Both the position numbers and the translations under genes were made by a program. Under the pieces are notes generated by a model. It was not told the DNA's origin, did not search any database, and saw only the letters and a list, made by a program, of their open reading frames with translations. From Candidatus Gottesmanbacteria bacterium (GTDB lineage: Bacteria > Patescibacteriota > Microgenomatia > UBA10105), in the NCBI GenBank assembly GCA_023245415.1, contig JAHFKJ010000001.1, positions 32,902 to 96,901 of the forward strand: DNA of 64,000 bases, written 5' to 3'. Positions 58,659 to 64,000 of the stretch are shown in pieces (the stretch's first letter is position 1; each line of letters starts with the position of its first letter).

Positions 58659-59876
58659 GTGCTTAATAAAATTAAATCGCATATCAGAAACAATTCCATA
58701 TTTTGGGTAATAATTGTACTCGGAATATGTGTAAGAATTTTATTAAATAGTGCAGTAGATTCGTTCGATTTTCATGCTTTTGTCATGTGGGCTAACTATC
58801 TAACTGTGCATCGTATTGCTGATGCGTTTACCTATCTTCCTGAAGGTTACACTCCCTATCCGCCGCTATATTATTATATTCTGTGGTTTTTAGGTCGAAC
58901 TATAAGTTTTTTGGGTGTTTGGGAAAATAAATGGCTGACCTATCTCATAATCAGAATACCGGTAATTGCTGCAGATACCTTAATCGCATACTTGATCTAT
59001 TTATTTACTCAAAAAAACATGTCCAAAAAGGAGGCTATAATTGCAGTTATATTTTATTTTCTGCATCCGGCAGTAATTTATAATACTTCAATTTGGGGTC
59101 AGATTGATGCAATCGTGACATTATTGGGCTTTTTAAGCGTGGTTGCCTTTTTGTCTAAGCAAAATTTTTGGGGAATAGGTCTTTATATACTAGGTGTGAT
59201 TACTAAATTGCAGATTCTTGCACTGCTCCCACTGATAGTATTTTTAAGTTTGAATAAAAAGCCGGGAATTCATAAGTTTTTTACATCACTGCTGGTTTGG
59301 GGTGCTATCGCATTTTTACCCTTTGTACCAATTGTTTATGTAAACGGATTTAAATGGACTTGGGATTATTTTTTTACTATACCCAACTGGTATGCATATA
59401 CCTCGATATATGCATACAATATCTGGGCGCCATTTGGATTTATAGTATCTGACAACACAAAGTTGTTTGGGCTAATCGCTTATAAATTTATCGGCATCGG
59501 ATTATTTTGGTTTGTAGCTTTTATTATTCTTTATCCATTATTTAAGAAAGTCAATCGTACACCACAAGCGATAATGTACGCAGCATTTTTATTGTGGTTC
59601 GATTTCGCCTTTTTTGCTACCCGCATTCACAGTCGATATCTTATTTATAGTTTCGGATTTTTCGCGCCATTTAGCGCAAAATTTCCGAAATTAGCTGCAC
59701 TTATCAGTATCATTATGATTGGTAATTTGCTCTTGCCCAATAAAAACGTTGTTTTGTCAGCGTTTGTCTATTGGTTGAATCAACCAATTGTTATTGCAGG
59801 TATAGTTATTTTTGCTTTTTGTATATTTATTTATAGCTATAAACTGTATATAAAAAGGATATTACGTAGAGTATAG
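58659..59876 (+). CDS. GT-C membrane glycosyltransferase (PIG-M/GT87-like)
   Basis: D-x-x-AF-x-x-W, YPPLY, WGQIDA, KLQ, AYNIW and TRIHSRY. Confidence 0.8.
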   Translation: MLNKIKSHIRNNSIFWVIIVLGICVRILLNSAVDSFDFHAFVMWANYLTVHRIADAFTYLPEGYTPYPPLYYYILWFLGRTISFLGVWENKWLTYLIIRIPVIAADTLIAYLIYLFTQKNMSKKEAIIAVIFYFLHPAVIYNTSIWGQIDAIVTLLGFLSVVAFLSKQNFWGIGLYILGVITKLQILALLPLIVFLSLNKKPGIHKFFTSLLVWGAIAFLPFVPIVYVNGFKWTWDYFFTIPNWYAYTSIYAYNIWAPFGFIVSDNTKLFGLIAYKFIGIGLFWFVAFIILYPLFKKVNRTPQAIMYAAFLLWFDFAFFATRIHSRYLIYSFGFFAPFSAKFPKLAALISIIMIGNLLLPNKNVVLSAFVYWLNQPIVIAGIVIFAFCIFIYSYKLYIKRILRRV

Positions 59877-59902
59877 AATCGGCTTAATCGGTCTCATTAT
59901 CT

Positions 59903-61270
59903 ATGAAATTGCGCCGTACTGATGGATACCACTTCCTTTTTTTAGGAGCATTGTTGATTTTTCATATTTGTCTTCTTCTGCTTACTAAATTTACTGCTTG
60001 GCCGGAAATGCTTATTTATCCATTTTTAATGGAGAAGGGATTTAAATTATATTCAGATATTATTCAACCATACATGCCCATACTGCCATATACGCTTTTG
60101 TACTGGTTTCATCTAAGCGGGTTTTCAGTATGGTCACTTCGCATATTTACGATATTGCTAATACTAATTTCAGATGTTTTATTTATTAAGATCGCCAACA
60201 ATATATTTAAACTGAAGACTTCCTTAACGGCGTTACTGATTTTTATCGGCTTTCAGGTTTATTTTGAAGGTAATGGACTCTGGTTTGATTTATTTGCAAC
60301 TCCGTTTATGCTTTTTTCAGCACTAATCTTCATCAGAGTTAAAACACCTAAATTTTTAGACATAATTTGGATTGGTATATTATTAGGAACGAGCTTTATC
60401 GTAAAACAGTCTACAGCTTGGGTAATATTGGGGATATGTTGTTTGTTGGTGGGAGGAAGAAAAATAAAATTGGTGGGAATAATTTTGTTTGTCTCTCTTA
60501 TTCCGGTTTTCCTGGTAATGGTTATTTTTGGTTTCGTACCAATATATCAATGGGCTTTACATTATCCTTTTTTTGAAATGACTAAATCTCCTGGTTTTAT
60601 GGTTCTTCCTAGTTTTAAACAATTGATTCTTATAATAATATTTTTTTCACCAGTATTTCCAGCTCTATCATCAAAAAATCCCGCGGTACCCGTACTTATA
60701 ACTTTTTTTCTGGGATCTCTTGGTTTTCTAATTCCCCGATTTGCCATGTTTCACTTTCAACCTCTTGTTCCATATTTTGTTTTGTTGCTATGTATCGCTT
60801 TTTCCGAGCATAGTGATAAATTGTTCCGATTATTTATTGGGTTATATATAATATTTTCATTATGCCTGTTAACTAAATTTTTTCTGCAAAACACCCTTCG
60901 TCCAGTGAGATTTTTTGAACCTGAGGTATATGCTTGGGCAGCACTTATAAAGCAAAAAATACCGTCTTCGAAACCAATCTTTTTCTATAACGTTATTGCA
61001 AACGAAATATTATTGACTGGTTTTACTCCAGTTAAACCATGGGTTGACAACTTTCCCTGGTATATGGAAATACCCGGAATACAAAATAGAATTATCGACG
61101 AAATCGAAGTCGAAAGTACCGAATGGGTAATTGCTGCGCCATTTAAGTCAGAGGGGAAGTATGTTCCCGGTTCATATAAACCAGCAGAAATTGACGTATA
61201 TCTTCACCAAAAGTACATCAAAGTAGATAATATTTCACCTGAATTAGAGTTTTGGAAACGCATTCGTTAA
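59903..61270 (+). CDS. GT-C-like polytopic membrane protein
   Basis: TAWPEM, G-x-KLYSDI, GNGLWFD, KQ and PRFAMFHFQP. Confidence 0.7.
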   Translation: MKLRRTDGYHFLFLGALLIFHICLLLLTKFTAWPEMLIYPFLMEKGFKLYSDIIQPYMPILPYTLLYWFHLSGFSVWSLRIFTILLILISDVLFIKIANNIFKLKTSLTALLIFIGFQVYFEGNGLWFDLFATPFMLFSALIFIRVKTPKFLDIIWIGILLGTSFIVKQSTAWVILGICCLLVGGRKIKLVGIILFVSLIPVFLVMVIFGFVPIYQWALHYPFFEMTKSPGFMVLPSFKQLILIIIFFSPVFPALSSKNPAVPVLITFFLGSLGFLIPRFAMFHFQPLVPYFVLLLCIAFSEHSDKLFRLFIGLYIIFSLCLLTKFFLQNTLRPVRFFEPEVYAWAALIKQKIPSSKPIFFYNVIANEILLTGFTPVKPWVDNFPWYMEIPGIQNRIIDEIEVESTEWVIAAPFKSEGKYVPGSYKPAEIDVYLHQKYIKVDNISPELEFWKRIR

Positions 61271-61293
61271 ACTCGCTGAAAAAAACAGGGAGA

Positions 61294-61302
61294 TGTTACA
61301 AT
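61294..61302 (+). promoter_or_regulatory. extended -10 element (TGtTACAAT)
   Basis: Ends 6 nt before the in-frame GTG at 61309. Confidence 0.55.
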
Positions 61303-61308
61303 AACAGT

Positions 61309-62379
61309 GTGAAGATAGCTTTTTTGTCATTTTATAGTGGTCATATAGATCGAGGTGTGGAAGTGGCTGTTTTTGAATTAGCAAAGCGTCTCGGTAGAAG
61401 TCATCGGGTTACACTTTTTCAAGCGGGGAAGCGTCAAGAAGATGATGTATCGACTCTCATTCTGGACGTTGAAAAAAAGTGGCCACAAGATACAAGCGGA
61501 TCAATATTCAGGTTGATTTATTTTGATTATTACAGTCGCAAAATCGCCTGGTTTACACTGAAGTTCTTACCATATTTATTTAACGAGAAGTATGATGTGG
61601 TTATTCCAACAAACGGTGGATGGCAGGTATTATTCTGTCGTTTGGCCACATGGTTTTTAGGTAAGAAGTTGTTAGTTCAAGGAAATGCAGGAATAGGCAG
61701 AGATGATTTTTGGCAACTTCTGATGCACCCTGACGTTTATATCGCGATATCTCCGGCAGGGTATAAATGGGTTCAAAGTAAACTTAGTTGGATAAAAAAA
61801 ACATATATCCCATATGGTGTTGATTGTCAGATGCTTAAATCTATCAAAACCGCAGATATCAAACTTACAAGTCCAATTATTTTATGTGTTTGTGCTTTCT
61901 CGCCATTTAAACGAGTGAGGCTATTAATTGATGCCGTTGCCAAGCTTAAGAACGTAAGTTTATTACTTATAGGTCAAGGCCCCGACGAAGAAACTTTACG
62001 AACTACTGCTAAAAAATTAATCGGCACCAAACGATTTTTAATGTTGACTGGGATTACACACGAAGAATTGTGGCCATATTACAAGGCAGCAGACATTTTT
62101 TCATTACCGAGTTCTAAAACGGAAGCGTTTGGAATTGTACAAATTGAGGCTATGGCCATGGGACTTGCAGTCGTGGCTACTGATGACTTTAATCGTCAAG
62201 AAATTATTGGTGAAGCTGGAATTTTAGTCGATCCAACGAACACCGATGCCTATGCTCAGGCCTTAAGACTTGCTCTGAATGTAGACTTTGGACAAAAACC
62301 GCAAATTCAGGCTCAAAAATTTTCTTGGGACAAAATTATAAGAGACTATAATCAGTTATTAAATCAAATTAAAATATGA
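61309..62379 (+). CDS. GT4 glycosyltransferase
   Basis: KIAFLSFYSG-x-x-DRGVE and EAFGIVQIEAMA; start trimmed to GTG 61309. Confidence 0.9.
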   Translation: MKIAFLSFYSGHIDRGVEVAVFELAKRLGRSHRVTLFQAGKRQEDDVSTLILDVEKKWPQDTSGSIFRLIYFDYYSRKIAWFTLKFLPYLFNEKYDVVIPTNGGWQVLFCRLATWFLGKKLLVQGNAGIGRDDFWQLLMHPDVYIAISPAGYKWVQSKLSWIKKTYIPYGVDCQMLKSIKTADIKLTSPIILCVCAFSPFKRVRLLIDAVAKLKNVSLLLIGQGPDEETLRTTAKKLIGTKRFLMLTGITHEELWPYYKAADIFSLPSSKTEAFGIVQIEAMAMGLAVVATDDFNRQEIIGEAGILVDPTNTDAYAQALRLALNVDFGQKPQIQAQKFSWDKIIRDYNQLLNQIKI

Positions 62380-63215
62380 AAGTATCTGTAATTATACCTA
62401 GTTTCAATGAGGAACAAAATATTGTCGAGTGTATCACATCTCTTGGGCAGCAAACTAAACCTCATGAACTTATCATCGTTGACGATTGTTCAACAGATGA
62501 TACCGTTGCCACCTTAAAGCGATTACACTTTCTTAATTCAAAATTGGTATTGTTGCAACAAAACCATCTAGGTCCGGGTGCAGCAAGAAATATGGGAGCG
62601 AAACAGTCAACAGGTGAGATTTTGGTTTTTGTTGATGCAGACATGTCGTTTGCTCCAGATTTCCTAGAAGAATTAGTCGGACCAATTGAAGACGCTAGAA
62701 CAAAGGGTACGTTTACGAGAATCGAATATGTAAAAAATTGGGATAATGTTTGGGCTCGTTGCTGGAATTACAATCAGGGCATTAGAATAAATATTCGAAT
62801 ACCCCAAAATTATCCTAATACTTCACCTGTGTTTCGTGCCATCCTCAAATCAGAATTTATTCGAGTCGGTGGATTTGAGCACCATGCAGGTTGGACAGAT
62901 GACTGGTCGTTATCGCAAAAACTTAATTACAAAGCAACAGAAACACCGGCAGTATGTTTTCATATAAACCCAAAAACTTTGATTGAAGTCTTTATTCAGG
63001 CGCGTTGGGTAGGAAAAAATACTTTTATGTCGAGAAATATACTTACTATTTTCATGAGTTTAATAAAGTTTTCATTCCCTGTTTCGTTTTCTGTGGGGAT
63101 TTGCAAAGCAATTATTTATAGGCAGCCAAAATTTCTATTTTTTAAACTCATACATGATTTGGGTATATATTTAGGTCTAACATCTGCTTTGTCCGGTGGG
63201 CACAGAAATAAATGA
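62376..63215 (+). CDS. GT2 glycosyltransferase
   Basis: VSVIIPSFNEE, VDDCSTD, GAARNMG, FVDADM and TDDW. Confidence 0.9.
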   Translation: MKVSVIIPSFNEEQNIVECITSLGQQTKPHELIIVDDCSTDDTVATLKRLHFLNSKLVLLQQNHLGPGAARNMGAKQSTGEILVFVDADMSFAPDFLEELVGPIEDARTKGTFTRIEYVKNWDNVWARCWNYNQGIRINIRIPQNYPNTSPVFRAILKSEFIRVGGFEHHAGWTDDWSLSQKLNYKATETPAVCFHINPKTLIEVFIQARWVGKNTFMSRNILTIFMSLIKFSFPVSFSVGICKAIIYRQPKFLFFKLIHDLGIYLGLTSALSGGHRNK

Positions 63216-64000
63216 ACCTCAAAATAATCATCCGCGATTTACTTCTGATATTGCTTCTCTACTTAGGATTATTAAATGGTACGAATCAAATTGATACGAT
63301 TATCGGATTTATATTGTTTATATATGTGTCAAGTGTGTTATTTCTAGGACTCAGAATTAATTTAATGAAGCGTTGGCTTATTCTTCCATTACTTCTTATG
63401 TTTGTGCTCACGAGCCAGTTAAACAGCTCTAAAATTAAAGATTATTTAAGTCGAGAGCCGATTAATAAGTCATATCGAACTGATATGGATGATTTTTTAA
63501 AAACATTTTATCGTATGAAGCAGGGTGGTGATTATTATTCAAGTTACAAGTACTCAATCGAACAAAATCCTTTCAAGGGTTTAGTTTCAACCAACCTTTG
63601 GTCGTGGAGATTACCCACTCTATTCTTAATTTGGACCTGGTTTACTGGAAAAACTGGTTTATTTATTTACTATTTATTTCTCCTAAATTGTATTGGTGTT
63701 TTATTTTGCAGTTATAAATTAATTGAGAAATTACTTCATCCAAAAGTTCAACATTTTGCAATCCTTGCTCCGTACTTACTCTTTCCTTATTTGCACTTCG
63801 CAAATCGCGATACCACACTTTTGCAATCTGAATGGTGGGGAATGTTTTTTTATATATATGGTGTTTGTTTTCTAATTATAAAAAAGAGAAAAATATCGCT
63901 ACTGTGTTTTGTTCTTGCAATTTTAAGCCGTGAACTTTTTATTTCCCCTTTAGCACTTAGTTTGATGTATAGTTTGTTTTCCGACAGGAAAAACATTTTT
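63212..64000 (+). CDS. polytopic membrane protein, probable GT-C-like, 3'-partial (absent from the ORF track)
   Basis: ATG overlaps the upstream TGA. The frame is open to the window end: MNLKIIIRDLLL...YRTDMDDFLKTFYRMKQG...WRLPTLF...EWWG...SRE. Confidence 0.7.
   Translation, partial: MNLKIIIRDLLLILLLYLGLLNGTNQIDTIIGFILFIYVSSVLFLGLRINLMKRWLILPLLLMFVLTSQLNSSKIKDYLSREPINKSYRTDMDDFLKTFYRMKQGGDYYSSYKYSIEQNPFKGLVSTNLWSWRLPTLFLIWTWFTGKTGLFIYYLFLLNCIGVLFCSYKLIEKLLHPKVQHFAILAPYLLFPYLHFANRDTTLLQSEWWGMFFYIYGVCFLIIKKRKISLLCFVLAILSRELFISPLALSLMYSLFSDRKNIF

Noticed and set aside
10048-62644. About 30 short (60-170 aa) antisense or alternate-frame ORFs in the track, e.g. 18341-18850, 41752-42069, 57828-58232
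   Set aside because: They lie within or almost wholly within well-supported genes, lack recognisable motifs, and look like shadow frames.
1-64000. tRNA/rRNA, CRISPR arrays, IS elements, integrases, invertible repeats
   Set aside because: Coding density is near complete, the largest gaps are only about 120 bp, and I saw no repeats, transposase or recombinase motifs by eye.

Overview
The whole 64 kb window is one densely packed, AT-rich surface-glycan biosynthesis region of about 60 genes, and it runs off both ends. It contains about 9 GT4/GT-B and 8 GT2 glycosyltransferases (five of the GT2s look like polyprenol-phosphate-sugar synthases), about 13 polytopic GT-C-like membrane proteins, one Wzx-type flippase and seven SAM-methyltransferase domains. 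The nucleotide-sugar enzymes include a pseudaminic-acid pathway (pseB, pseC, pseI and an SpsF/PseF-type cytidylyltransferase). That pathway lacks recognisable pseG and pseH, but carries a small formyltransferase and a WbuX/WbuY/WbuZ acetamidino module. Also present are RfbH with an RmlD-like reductase, two NDP-sugar C-methyltransferases, a UXS-like SDR, three further DegT aminotransferases, and GNAT and LbH acyltransferases. The style (GT-C richness, 18 strand switches, no evident Shine-Dalgarno sites) suggests a Patescibacteria/CPR (Microgenomates-like) genome, which is an inference. The main signals are: (i) repeated cassettes of rare-sugar enzymes + polyprenol-P-sugar synthase + GT-C; (ii) a probable formyl/acetamidino pseudaminic-acid variant, with an orphan GT-B protein coupled to pseB; (iii) extended -10 boxes (TGnTAnnnT) 6-8 nt before start codons, implying leaderless transcripts, two of them inside the Pse operon. 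I found no RNA genes, mobile elements or CRISPR arrays.
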